Shown piece by piece: positions 26,695 through 39,332 of a stretch of DNA of 64,000 nt (within the stretch, counting starts at the first letter, position 1; each line of letters begins with the position of its first letter). Source of the DNA: Vicugna vicugna. Lineage: Eukaryota. Below the pieces are notes generated by a model. The model was not told the DNA's origin. It searched no databases and saw only the letters and a program-made list of their open reading frames with translations. Made by a program: the position numbers and the translations under genes. Where the stretch lies: positions 62,001-126,000 of the forward strand of contig MU057711.1 of the NCBI GenBank assembly GCA_013265495.1, written 5' to 3'.

Positions 26695-26822
26695 AGTACA
26701 TATATGTAAACTAAAGAAATGTGCAGTATACTGTATATATGTATTTACATGCAATATAATCTGTATGTGCAGTTGAACTGCAATAATTCTACCTAATAAA
26801 ACTGAAAAAGGAGAAAAAAAAA
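26695..26822 (+). mobile_element. Short polyadenylated retro-tail, copy 1 (near-identical to 54055-54180)
   Basis: agtacatatatgtaaactaaa...gcagttgaactg...ctaataaaactgaaaaagg plus an A tail. Followed by a separate L1 tail fragment at 26823-26900. Confidence 0.75.
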
Positions 26823-28394
26823 GTTTGGGGTTAGCAGATACAAACTACTATATATGAAATAAACCACAAGGTCCTACTATATAAAAAAATTAAATAAAAA
26901 AGTAAAGTTAAACAAAATCTCCTGGTCTGATGGGATATGCAGAAGGTAATGCTTCTTGGACATGGAATAGGAATTCAGAGGAGGAGTATTAGAATTTCTG
27001 AGATGCCTGAGATTTTTATATCAAAAGAAAGGCAGATTTAAACAGTTCTGAAATGCTGGATTTTCTAAGGATGGAAACCAGGCAGGAGACAAGAGTGTGA
27101 GCTGAACTACATCAATAATTAGAGGGGCAGATGTGAAAAACTCTGCAAAGAAAGAATCAGTAAGTGTGGTGATTGGTTTGACTCTAGAACAGAGTTAAAA
27201 AAAAAAAAAAACCCCAGAATGACTAAAAAAATTACTCTTTTCTCTACTATTCTTCATAAGGATAGGTAATCAGGAGAGAAAGCTGGTTTGAATATTAAGA
27301 TCCTTTAGAGTCATTATATTAATAATGTTAGTAAGACAATAAAGCTGGAATATTTATGAAATGTAAGTTTAGGAATAAAACCAAAGCAAGTTTGAAAGTC
27401 CTCCAAGAGCTAAGAGGTTAAGATCTGCATGAGCCCTCTAAGGAAGAGAGTGCAAAGGGTGTTTGACAGAGGTTGATAAGGAAGGAGAAAAAGGAGCACT
27501 AAAAGGGGGTCAGAGACTGTTGACAATATTAAAATGTGATACAAGAGGATAACCAAGAAAAGACCTTTGGATTTACAGGTTAGCAGGGCACTGGTAGCCC
27601 AAAAGGTATCATTTACAGAGCTCTGTAGCAGTTCCTGAGCCATAGAAATTAGCTAATGCATAGTGGCTGCTGCTGGTTATTAGCTGGGCCCTGGCCTCGT
27701 GTTTGGGAGATCTGCAACTCATAAATGCCTTTAACAGTTAAGCAGTCATCCTCTAGAAAATGTGTTTTGTGTCTTACCCTACTGTATTACCCTTTTAAAC
27801 TGTATGTTTAGAGCTGAATCTTTTTCTAGGTAGGCTCAGACTATCAAGGTATAGAATTGCTACAAATAAAGTAGTATTTCTTTACAGGAGAAAAGTCAAA
27901 AAAGATAAGAAAAATATAGATATATTTCTTCTATCAAAAAATACATACAATCAGACTTAGAGAAAACATTAATTTGTGTGCAATGCCAGATGTAGCCGAC
28001 TAAACATCAATAGAAAGCTGTAAAACTCAAGGGAAAACAGAAACCTTAACAGAATGTCAGCATTTTCTATAGACTGAATCATATTTTAAAAATTCATAAC
28101 ACATAAATTTATATATCCAAATCTGATGCTAACTCTTACGTATCAGATCATCCTAAAGAGATCACACTTTATTCTTCAAGTAAAGGAGAAATACAGGGGT
28201 ATAGGTGAAGCCTGGAAATTGTTAACCAGGCGTAAACAATCCTGTAAGAAATAAAGAAGCTAGTGCAATACTAGAATAGGCATCTCTTAAATCTGTAATA
28301 GTTCTGAAGACACTCAAGTTATTTTCAGATAGAGGAAGTTAATATGACTAGGTCAGAGAGACAGGGAGACTTTCAAAGACAAAAATAATCTTAC

Positions 28395-28476
28395 CAAAGT
28401 CTGCAAATGCTGACTGTCCAACCACCACCATATTTTGAGGTTTTTCAAATATGGTACTGAGAGAGAAATTTCCATC
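28395..28476 (-). CDS. ITFG1: ITFG1 internal coding exon (probably exon 8), 82 nt, phase 0 to phase 1
   Basis: Minus strand reads ctgcctttaacag|GATGGAAAT...GCAGACTTTG|gtaag. It translates DGNFSLSTIFEKPQNMVVVGQSAFADF(G+AT=D) and joins in frame with 489-583. Confidence 0.97.
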
Positions 28477-29963
28477 CTGTTAAAGGCAGAAAATTTTGGA
28501 TTAGATCACCATAATCCATTCATTTGTCAAGTGTGAAACTTTTTAATTAAAGCAGGGGAATAAATAATGTAAGGCTTCTGTTGTACTACAAAAATATTGT
28601 TTTCAGTTCCACTTTTAACATAAAACAAAAGAAACTGTTATGTGTTGATGAAGATGTGCAGCGGGAGTGCTTTCTTTGCTGTCAATTCAGGTTATGATAT
28701 CCTTTGCTAAATCATGACCATGATTTCAGACAGAATGAGTGTCTTCTACTTCCAAGTACCGTGGAAGGTTTTGGGAATATAAAGAAGTATAAAAAAATAG
28801 TTCCTACACTTCAAAGAACTTACAGGCCAGCTGGAAGATAAGTCAGGAAAATAGAGTTTCTGAAGTTAACATACAAGTGGTACAAGTAAGTAGGAAAGAT
28901 GCTATGTTTTACAGATTTCAAGGGAAGAAGATTCTGCTGGGGTACAATTAAGAAAAGATATTCAAATGAGATGAGAATGACATCCATCCTTAAATGGCCC
29001 ATTCATCATCAACCTAGGTTTATGTATCAGAAAGGGAGCAAAAAAGTACAATAGCTGCCATGTACTAACTAGAGGCAGCTAAGCTAAACAAAAAAAGAGA
29101 ACCCACTAGAGACCCTTTGCTGTAGTTACTCTTTCCAGAACGGAGCATCTGTCTGACTTACAAAAACAATATGCATTTCTTTAAATTACTGCCTTTCCTT
29201 TCTATAATTTTAGATTACTACCCAAGAAAGATAAAACAAAATATTATATTTGGGTTTCGAGCTCTAAGTTTTAGGTAGAGCTCTCATCTTGATTTCTCTA
29301 CTTACTATTTGATAAACTGAACCTGATTCCTATAAACTTTATATAAGATACCTATATATTTTAAAATATTTTAAAATTTTAAAACATTTTCCTTCTTTGT
29401 TCCTGTAGGGATACCGCAGATCTGCAAATTACTTTTCTAAGAAATCATTTCTAATCTTTACAGAGAAAGGCACTGCTACATTGAAAGGATGAAGACTAAA
29501 TGCTTGAGGATCATAAGATCTGTCTTGTGACAGGCAATTTTCCAACCATTTTAACACTCCAATATCCACCTACAGAAAGAAACATGTTTCTCCTACCATT
29601 ACTAATGTATCTGATACACTTTTTGAATGATTTTTCTGTGTCTTATCTAAGACAATTATTTACATAAGTGTTTTAAGACTGGAATCTTACTGAGGACCTA
29701 AAATTATACCTCCTAGAGATGTATCAAAGTTGCTACATTTCTGACTGAAGTATCAAGTGCCTTTTCATTTTAGAAAGATCACAGCATTGGGTACAGAACG
29801 GACATAATGTTTCTTAAATGAATGGAAAAATCTCTCCAAAAATACATCAGACTCATATAGCATAAAGTTGGACAGTAACTTATTGTACTGACTCAGGTGA
29901 ATGAATTACCCCAGTGAAGTTATGTTAAACTTAATAAAATGTATTTAGAAATGTTCCCAGATC

Positions 29964-30456
29964 CAGGCATACTTTGGAGATACTGCAGATTTGGGCCCAG
30001 ATCACCTTGATAAAGTGAGTATTGCAATAAAATGAGTCAAATACTCTGGTTTCCCAGTATATACGAAAGTTATGTTTACACTATACTGTAGTCTATCTAG
30101 TGTGCAATAGCATTATGTGCAAAAAAAGTACATACTTTAATTAAAAAATATTTTACTGCTAAAAAAAAATGCTATCATCTCAACCCTTTAGCAAGTTGTA
30201 ATCGTTTTCTAATAGTAACATCAAAGATCAATGATCAAAGATTGTCATAATAAATATAGTAATAAGGAAAAAAGTTTGAAATATTGTGAGAATTACCAAA
30301 ATGTGACAGAGAAGACATGAAGTGACCAAATGGAAAAATGGCGCTGATAATATTTGCTTGACACAGGGCTGCCACAAACCTTCAATTTGTAAAAAAATAA
30401 AAAGCATTATCTGTGAAGTGTAATAAAGCGATGCACAATAAGACAAGGTATGCCTG
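29964..30456 (-). mobile_element. Internally deleted Tigger1 (TcMar) derivative, ~490 bp
   Basis: TIRs caggcatac...gtatgcctg with TA at the right end. Both recalled Tigger1 termini are present, fused without the transposase. Confidence 0.88.
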
Positions 30457-30949
30457 TAAAATCTCATGATGCATCTCCCTCAAGAAACAGTGAGTATCCC
30501 CAGGTGACAGCCTCCCATGTCAAAGATGCCACATTCACCATGAACCTCAACATACGAAGAACAATACCTTCTCCTAACAGCTAGAAAAAGAGAATCGTAT
30601 ATTCTTGCTACAGGGAGAGCATGCAGAATACATTATGTATGTGACATAATTGGGGGAAAAGATAATTACTTTATTGAATTAACCTTTCCATCATTATCAA
30701 TACTCGTCCTTTTACTCCACTTGGCAGTACAAACCTATATAACTTTGTTACCATTCAGATTAGTGTCATGAACACATTTAGTATTTGATAAAAATGATTC
30801 AATAAACTTCATCACTGTTATTACTCTTATTAGGTAACACATTTTACAGTGATGCATGACTACATTTATTTTCAAAGATGCAGCTGCTATGTACCTATTT
30901 AATGTAGGCAAGACAAACATGATCAATACTTTTAAACTGAGACAACAGA

Positions 30950-31640
30950 GTAGTCTGGTAGAAACGGCAGTAGACATGCAGTTAGATGGCATGGGTTCCA
31001 GTCCTGCTTTCACTGATAAGTCGTATCACTTTGGAACAGCCACTTACTGCACTGGGTCTCAGTTCTTTACCTGTTAGGGAGGGGATAAATGTACTGTCTA
31101 CTTGCAGGGTTCTAGAGAGGATCAATGGAATGATAGATTAGGAAGTGTTCTGCAAAATGTAAGGTTAACGGGCACTTACAAGATATTTTTATAATGGCAG
31201 TCCTGTGCTTATGAGCTGTAAGTATTTTTTTCATGGGCTGCTATTTGAGACTCACTGACTCCACTCTGTCCCATTCTTTACCATGTTGTTCTTACTGGCC
31301 TTCAGTGCAGTCCTGCAATCCCAAATTGGGCCAACTCGCTAGGGGTTCTGCTACAGCTATGTCCTTTACCTTTTCTTTCAACTACTTGCTTTCTGGAATG
31401 ATTATGCAATGACTTAAGGGTACAAGTTTTAGAGACAGATTTCTTAGCTCAACTCCAGCTCCACTGTTTGCTAGCCTTGAGGTCTGAATAAGTTAGTTCT
31501 AATGTAAGCATCCATTTACTTATCTCTAAAATGAATTTTTACAAGGTTTTTGTGAGGACTGGTAAAATAATCCACATAAATGTACTTATTAGCACAGCAT
31601 ATGGACAAATATGTACTTAGTTAACTGACTACTAATAAGT
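30950..31640 (+). mobile_element. Two MIR SINEs (~30950-31170 and ~31410-31640)
   Basis: tgggttccagtcctgctt...tctcagttctttacctgt and ccagctccactgtttgctagc...atctctaaaatg...tgtgaggact. Confidence 0.65.
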
Positions 31641-31910
31641 GGGAATACTAGTAGTAATACTGTTATTTTTGCTACCCACCACTGAAGCAGCTAACACACT
31701 GTCATTGACAGGTGAGACCATCAGTCATTTTCTGCTTGAATTCTAACACAAGTGCTATGTTTTAACAATATCTTTTCATGGATGACTACCTATGCTTTGG
31801 CTTGCAGATTTCAATATTTAATGTTAAAATTGTCATATTTATAAGGTTAAAGAATGATCAGGAAGCAACATATGATGACTATCAAGTGTCTCCCTCTTTA
31901 TTCACCTAAA

Positions 31911-32127
31911 GCAATGGTTCTCGACTGGAGGTGATTTTGCTCTTGAGAGGACACTGGGAAATGTCTGGAGACATTTTTGATTGTTACCACTGGGAGGTGG
32001 CTACCAGCATCTAAGTGAGTAGTGGCCAGGGATATTGCTAAACAATCTAGAACGCACAGGACAGACATCCACAATAAAGCATCATCTGGCCTAAAATGGC
32101 AATAAATGCCAACACTGAAAAGTTTCT
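31911..32127. mobile_element. MER20 (hAT-Charlie)
   Basis: caatggttctcgactggaggtgattttgc...aatgtctggagacattttt...gtggccagggatattgctaaaca. Confidence 0.88.
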
Positions 32128-32389
32128 AACATAAACTGTGGTGGGTGTTGTCCAAGCATCTGGCTTTGCCATTCTTCTCTTAACTCTTTCTCTTCATGAT
32201 TCTTACCTACTTTTTCCACTGAGTTCTAATCATTTCCTTGATAAATCTCTTACACAAAATAATTTTTTTCCTGCCCCAAATTAGATACTTCTTGTGTCTT
32301 CTCTGTTACTGGTCACCACCATAAAACACATGTTACCCTTGCATTAATGGTCACCCTGTCTTCTCATAGCTATCCCTTCTTGTCCATTC

Positions 32390-32840
32390 CCAACATTTTA
32401 CTCCTTTAATCAACCACCTCACTCTCAGGTAAATTCCACCTATCTCCCCACCTCCAGATTTCCCATGCTAATCTATCTGATATGCAGTAGCCAGATTAAT
32501 TGCAATCATGAACAATCATGAAGACCTCACTCTCAGTCCTAAAATCTTCAGGAATTAAGCTTCTCAGTAAATTTTTAAAAGATCATCAAAGTACTCAGTT
32601 TAGGAGTCAAGGCCTTTGCTGATCTGTCTAAACTAATTCTTCTAATCTTACCTTCTAGTAACTTGAAATATTCTAGCCCAAACCAGCCGCTTTCTATTCT
32701 CTGAATATGTCCTGTGTTTCCTGTGCATGTCCTTGCTCACCCTTTCCTTTTTTCTTACTTCTAACCACTAAAATCCTGCTCATCTCTGCCAGCCATTTCA
32801 AATACCACATCTTTCTGGAAGCCTTCCCTGATGATCCTGG
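32390..32840 (+). mobile_element. L2 fragment
   Basis: gcagtagccagattaat...caaggcctttgctgatctg...tcaaataccacatctttctggaagccttccctgat. Confidence 0.6.
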
Positions 32841-34087
32841 GCAAACCAAATGGAAGCAACTGCTTTGACTTTCTAACTCCCTGCAGCATGAGGTTTGGAC
32901 CTCACATCATACCAGTCATAGCTGCTACACTCACATCTTAGCCTTCTTCCCGGTCTTCTGTTCACTTCTGACCTCCCAGAGCCTCTACCATGCAGCTGTG
33001 CCTACAACTGACACTCTGAAAAGATTTCTGGCAGCATATATCCTTTTATTAGCTAATATGGTTTTACAGGGTTTGGGTTGTTTTTGTTTTTTTGTCAATT
33101 AGTGTGTTACTGCAGACTGTTTGCCTAATCGCTAATTAAAAATGATCCTTTTACAAAACCTGCAGTTTATCTGAACTAGTTAATTTTGAGTCTATATTCT
33201 TAATTTGTACTAATGACTTCTATTTTATTGTTAACATAAGAACCTTATTGACACAGCTTTTTTACAGCAAGAAAATCCCTTAGTCACTACTGTCCAATAG
33301 TCAATTTTTAATTATCTTTAAAGAAAATACTAATAAAGGGAAAAAAGACCTAGTCTCTTCATGAAGAAGGTTCTCTTATTGAGTTGCTTCACTTTATTAC
33401 CTTTAAATCAGCCTGGGCTGAGAGTACATAATATACTTATAAGTATTCCATAATTATATATATAAAAATATATATATATATTATATTTATTTGTAATAAG
33501 GCTTTTCTCCCCCAGATGGATACTAATCAATCAAATGACTGATTTTCTCATTTTCTAACACCTTAAGATTCACTTGAAATATTGTCTTCAGGGACACCTG
33601 AAAAATAAATATCCTCCACTAGTGGAAGATTTCATTTATAGTCATCATTAATATAACCACCATACTTCTATCATCAGAAAAATAATCACAACTACATTTT
33701 AAAAAATGTAGTACACTAAACAAAGATAAATCTTTCTGGTTTAGATGTCTTTCTTCCTTTTCCTTGCCTTATTAAAAAAAAAAAAAAAAAGTCCAAAGTG
33801 CTTAGTTTGGAAGTAGGTAGTATTTAAAAGCCCTAATCTTTTTTAAACAAAGCTCTTCTCTTCATTCTAGTTTCCTTCCATGCAGAAATCTGGGTCATGA
33901 TCATGCTATGAGAGATGGCTGATAATCAATCTCCTTCCACAGACTTGTGCTTCACACTTTTTAAGATCTGCTTAATTTTCATCAGTATTTTAACAAAAAT
34001 CTACAAAATGTTACCGGTTTAATTTGGATTGAATAAAAAACAATTAAGAATAAAGAGATGGGAAATCAAGTGATCTAAAACTAAAAT

Positions 34088-34282
34088 TTGGTTAAGTGTC
34101 TACTGTGTGCCAGGCACTTTACACAGTGTTTCATTTAATCTTCACAAACATTCTATGAAGCAGATACTCTTAAACCCATTTTCCATATGAGGAAAGTGAG
34201 GTTTCATACTTGACTGTTACCTGATGAATGTCACTCAGGTGGCCAATTTGGCCTGTCCTCAAATCTTGTCCTCTATTATATA
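34088..34282 (-). mobile_element. MIR SINE
   Basis: tactgtgtgccaggcact...tcatttaatcttcacaa...cccattttccatatgaggaaagtgagg. Confidence 0.75.
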
Positions 34283-34877
34283 CCTGAAATTCAACTTTAA
34301 AATTTCAAGTAGTCTATTCTTCATTAATTAATCTTTCATATAATTCACATCAAGCTAAAAATAAAATAAAACAAAACCGTGATACCAGTTTGGGAATATT
34401 CTACTTGCTATTAAAAACTATATTGGTAAAGACTCCTTAATCCTGGTCAACCTGGCAGTAAATTTAGTGTCTGTTGTTCTTATTTTTTTATGTAAGCCTT
34501 AAGGCAAGGAGGAAAAATTAGCCTTTTAAAAGGAGTTTTCTTTAATAAACCAACATGCTGACAAATTAAATGACAGGCATCTCTCTCTACAGCTGACAGC
34601 CTAGCAGGGGCCCTGTTAACATCCGCATTAGGGCAGACTGATTGGTTTAATTGGCAGTCATGCCTAAAAACCTGCAGAGGAATTGATGCTGAATGAATCA
34701 TCTCCTTCAGCAATATTCAGTAGTTTGAATGCAGCAATGCAACCAAAAGCTCTTAAAGTTGTTCTATTTATTGTTGAAACCAACCGACCAAGTGATTAGT
34801 TTCATTTTATTTTTTAAAATTGTGTGCTTTTACTGAAAGCTATCATTTCAAAATGCGTCAAAGAAATGATTTCTTAC

Positions 34878-34939
34878 CAGATTTTCCCATATCTCAAACT
34901 GGAAGGTACCAGAGGCAGACAATGTCGTGAGGAATAAAT
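34878..34939 (-). CDS. ITFG1: ITFG1 internal coding exon (probably exon 7), 62 nt, phase 1 to phase 0
   Basis: Minus strand reads ttttccttctag|ATTTATTC...GAAAATCTG|gtaag. It translates (D)LFLTTLSASGTFQFEIWENL and joins in frame with 28395-28476. Confidence 0.96.
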
Positions 34940-36679
34940 CTAGAAGGAAAATAATAGAATTGTAAGTTTTGTTACTGATGTGTACATTTAAAAAAGAAAG
35001 AAATATAATACATAGAAATTGTTGTAATATAGTTGTACTTAAACATATTTTAAATTATATTTTAACTAGCTTGATTCATCAAAGAGAAGACAGCAGATAA
35101 CCCTGTATTAGTATAATTAAAGAAAATGTATTTAAAGGGAGCTTTGGTATTAGTCCTCCAAAAGCATTACTTGTAAGACTAATTATGTGTACTTTTTTTA
35201 TCTTACACATTTTAAATCTAAGGTAGACTGTATTTTTAAGATGTTCTGATCATAATCACATTTTGCTTTCTCATGCTAAAAGCAGTAGTTAACTATATAT
35301 CACTACACATATCAGGTTTCAGCATTATTTTAAATAACAGTATTACAGGACCCACAATCAGTAGTAGCACTCATATTAAGTGACTAATAAATTGTATGTC
35401 AAATTTTGAGTAGAATTGTCTTCACATATTCCAACTAAAAAAAGTTTATTTTATTGGAAAATGCAAGAATTTTAATAAAATTTTTTTGAAATACAATACA
35501 TTGACAGTTAAATCAATCTGTTAGTGCAAAGGCCAGGTAAACGGCAAGTCTATTCTAGAAGCAGTATTTATTACACTTGCATGATGACAATTTTACTTAA
35601 TGAATACAGAAGTTTTAAAAATGATGAGTTGACTCATAGGAATATTAAAATGACAGTACTCTTTTGTGCTTAAAAACATTGAAAGTGGTGTGAAGACCAA
35701 AAGTATTTTAAAGAAAAGGTTTTTTTCCTCTCATTAAGTATGCTTAAAAAACTATCATTCATATTATGCTTTCTGTAAAGATTTCATATGAATTTAATGA
35801 AGCTAATTTATGTAATAATTATAATAATAAAGATTTTCATAGAATCCTTTGAGAACTAAGTAATTTGCTCACTTTTATTATTAGTTGAACTCAAAACTCC
35901 TGACTCTGAGTAACTGGAACAACTGTCTATGTCAATGTATCAAATATCTTAGCACTTACTTTCACCACACTCAGGATGCTTTGCCTATGGATACAGAAAT
36001 GTAGTCTTTTACAAAGACAATTTCTTTAATCTGTCACATATATACTCCCAATGAACTGTTTACTTCCATACTCATCTAGGAAAACTCCCCAAAAATATCT
36101 GAGATTTGTGTGATGATGGACCTACAACTGATTTTCTCTCCGTCTCCCATGTGTCCCCCACATTGCCATCAGTACGGTTGAAAAACAAAATTGCAAATCT
36201 GCTCTCATTCTTTCTCTTCCAGGACACACAGGGAAAACCTCATCATCTGGCATGTGCGTTTCCCACCTACATTTCCCACCTACATTTCCAGGCTCATTTC
36301 CTGCTACTCCTGTACTGATGTTTGCTGATTCTATTTTCGTAGCTTCACTAGCTACTTATTAAGACTTTGAAAAATAGTAAAGTGAGATGAGGGACTGGAA
36401 GTACCTTATAAAATAGATTTTTAAAAAATTTCATCTCATCATTCAATTATGTAAAGAGGTTATAGAAAAAATAAATAATTCATTATGGGAGAAATAAAAA
36501 TAGAGCCAATTAATTATTAACAATTCAATATGAAGAATCACGCCTCAGACTTTGAATGGAATAATAGCTAAAAAAAATTATAGTCAACAAAGCAATAAAG
36601 TTCTTCCACCCCCACATGGTTAAGAGTAATTTACACAGTAAAATTAAAGGAAATGTACTCAATAAAACTGTAGGCATAA

Positions 36680-37935
36680 GATTAGATTCCCTCATCACAG
36701 CTCAGGATAACTCTGCAGGGCCATTCCACATTCAGAGGTCCCAAGGTCAGCCCAAGAGTTTATTGGCACTGAATCATAGCCCACCTCTGCTTCCTTCCCT
36801 TTCCTTCCGCTGGCTACAAGAGCGCTCCCTGAAACTAAACTTCTTGTATGCTAATCTCCATCCCAGAGTCTGTTTCTCAGGGAACCCTATCTACAACAGT
36901 TGATACCAAAAGTGATGTGAGAAAGCAGATACAAAGATTTTGGAGTTGGATCACCTATCACGGTGCTGGCAATAAGGATTCCTTCACTGGGGATAAGCAA
37001 CACACAGATAGCCACACTAACTCTTACTGGTGCTGTCTTGGGATAGTATTCTGGTGGAAGGAAATGCACCTGTGAGTGTGATATTTAAGGCTTTTTGAGA
37101 AATATGAGATAAACAGTAACTATAAAGACAGTGGAATTGGATGGCTATTGCTAAGCTCAACTGAGGAAATAGAGGAAAGATACAAAGGTTGAGCATGACT
37201 GATGAGAAATTAAAAGCTAAGTGTGAAAGCCAGAAGGCCTCTTGGGGAGCATATAAAGAGGCTATCACCTCCTGCAGCAGGAGGGCAGGGAAAGCTGAGA
37301 ACTAAGACCAGGACTTAACGGTAAGAGTAGAAGAGCTCCCAGGAAGGTCAAATTCTCAATCTAAGCAGGTCTGCTATGTTAAGGTTAGAGCCCTAGTCGG
37401 GAAAGAATCACATTTGACCCACAGGATAGGAACATCTAGGTGATGAATCTGAAAACCTTGAATCCCCAGATTCACTTGAACGAGTTTTCAGAGCCTGCAG
37501 AAGTAGACTGTTAAAGGCTGGCATTCCCTCCTGTCTAAGGATGATAGAAAAGTTTCTGTCCCAACTAGGCAAAATGCTTCCCACTTCCTACAGCCTATCC
37601 CACCTTCTCTCCTGTCCACTAGGCCAAAAAGTGGGGTTAAGTTATAACATAACCTGACCAGGAATGTGATGGACATGTAAGGGAATAAGGCCCTATGGCC
37701 TGAATTAAGTCCAGGACCTAGCTAATATGTACTTGCAGGAGAGTAAGCATGAGACTATATTCTGAGAGTGTGTGATCAAGGCAGGGGTTGAGGGTTGGGG
37801 CAGGGATGATGGGGTGCAGGGCAGAATAAAGAGTTGGGGGTATGGTGATTCCTCTGAATCTCATCTACCCTAGAAGTGGCAGCAATTAATTTTACAGGAG
37901 TAGATATCTATTCTGGATATGAATTTGCCTTTTTT
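36680..37935 (+). mobile_element. ERV-L remnant: partial LTR16-like 5' LTR (to 36898), PBS, degraded gag and an integrase scrap
   Basis: LTR end gctaatctccatcccagagtctgtttctcagggaaccc..aca, then a PBS-like gttgataccaaaagtg. Gag peptides YKDSGIGWLLL and SCSRRAGKAEN*DQDLTVRVEEL..QVCYVKVRALVGKE. Integrase-like TGVDIYSGYEFAF at ~37895. Confidence 0.85.
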
Positions 37936-38988
37936 AACTTGAAAACTAATTTTAAAAATGCTAATAGAAACAATATGATGATAGCTGTCATCACTGGTAT
38001 TCACTTGAAGAAATAATCCTTAATAAAAGATCGCATTATGAGTTGTAAAAAATTGAAGATATAAACCTGAAACTCAAATCCTTTTTCATTAGATTCTTCT
38101 AACAAGTAATATAGCGGAAATAGTCAATGTACATGCAGTTTCTTCCCCTCAAAATACAGACACATAATCAAGTAAGTGTGTGCAAAAACAAATGGTTTAT
38201 GCTTCATTTATCTCCATTCATAACTTGAAAGGATTAAGCTAAAATTTTAATCATTGCCAAGTGCAGCACAGCCTTCCTTTCAAATGTAGAACCCCGTGGT
38301 TAATGCTGGCATCAAAAGGAAGCCTTAGGAGTTTTAGAAACTTAAATTGGAAGTTCAACTATGTGACCTAACCTATGTTAGGAAAAATCAAAACAAAGGT
38401 TGATGATTAATAATGGGCACCTAACACCTCCTTGATATACTACGGTATGAAGGAAGAGATTAAAAATTGTGATTTCTGGCACTGTAGGCTTTCAGTATGA
38501 CATCTCAACATTTTAAGAAAAATATTCCAATGGAAATTACAAAAAAAAGTAGTATTCTTAATGTCATTTGGAGTTCCTGCATGAAGAAATTCTCCTTGGA
38601 TTTGACAGTCCCTATATTTCTGGAGGGGTAATATTTTGGTTCATTTTGGAAAAAATAAAGTTAATAAAACATTTGCAGTATTTTCTGGAAGCATTTTCAC
38701 AAAGCATGGTTCAAAATAGTAATCTGAACTGTTCCTATGCTTGAGACAGGAAGATTTGCCAAGGTCATGTTTACATCTGTTCTGTAGTACTGTCCAGTTT
38801 TTCTTAATCCCAGTTACATTAGTGAAAGAGCAGCATAAGGGTACAGAATAAAACTATCTTTCATCTGCTTCCACTTATTCATAAAACAGTACACTGAAGG
38901 CCATATGATGGCTGAAATCATTAAGATAAACCAGCTAATGCCAACAACTCTTCCCTTTCGCAGCAGCAGTTTAATTGCATTCTGTAGC

Positions 38989-39332
38989 TCAGGGGTTATC
39001 AACTCAAACGATCTAAGGTGTGAGGTCCTAACTTAAGTAAGTTAAGATGTCCTGGTACAACCAAGATGATCAAACAGTAAAAAGGCACAGGGCATACAAA
39101 CTGACTCAAGACCTCCAGATGGGAGAGACAGCAATAAGTAGAGGGCTGGGAGGAGCTCAAAAGAGCCCCACACTGACCAAAGAGGATGGCAACTACTTAG
39201 CTCCAGCCAATTGTTGTTGCTACAGAAATATAATTGAAATCTAATTCAAAATATTTTAAGTACTATGGGGAAAAAAATTAAAATATGTCTGCAGAGTTAA
39301 TTTGAGTCACAGGTACTAGATTAAAACCTCTG
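38989..39332. mobile_element. Probable ancient hAT DNA transposon remnant
   Basis: Ends caggggttatcaac... and ...aatatgtctgcagagtt...aaacctctg form imperfect TIRs. Family uncertain. Confidence 0.4.

Noticed and set aside
33445..33492. TA-rich quasi-palindromes (also ~29350-29390) as cruciform elements
   Set aside because: Ordinary low-complexity AT microsatellite sequence.
36100..36310. Possible plus-strand exon (tctttctcttccag|) with a 13-bp tandem duplication tttcccacctaca
   Set aside because: It resembles an old ERVL-type LTR remnant, has no clear donor, and is on the opposite strand to the host gene.
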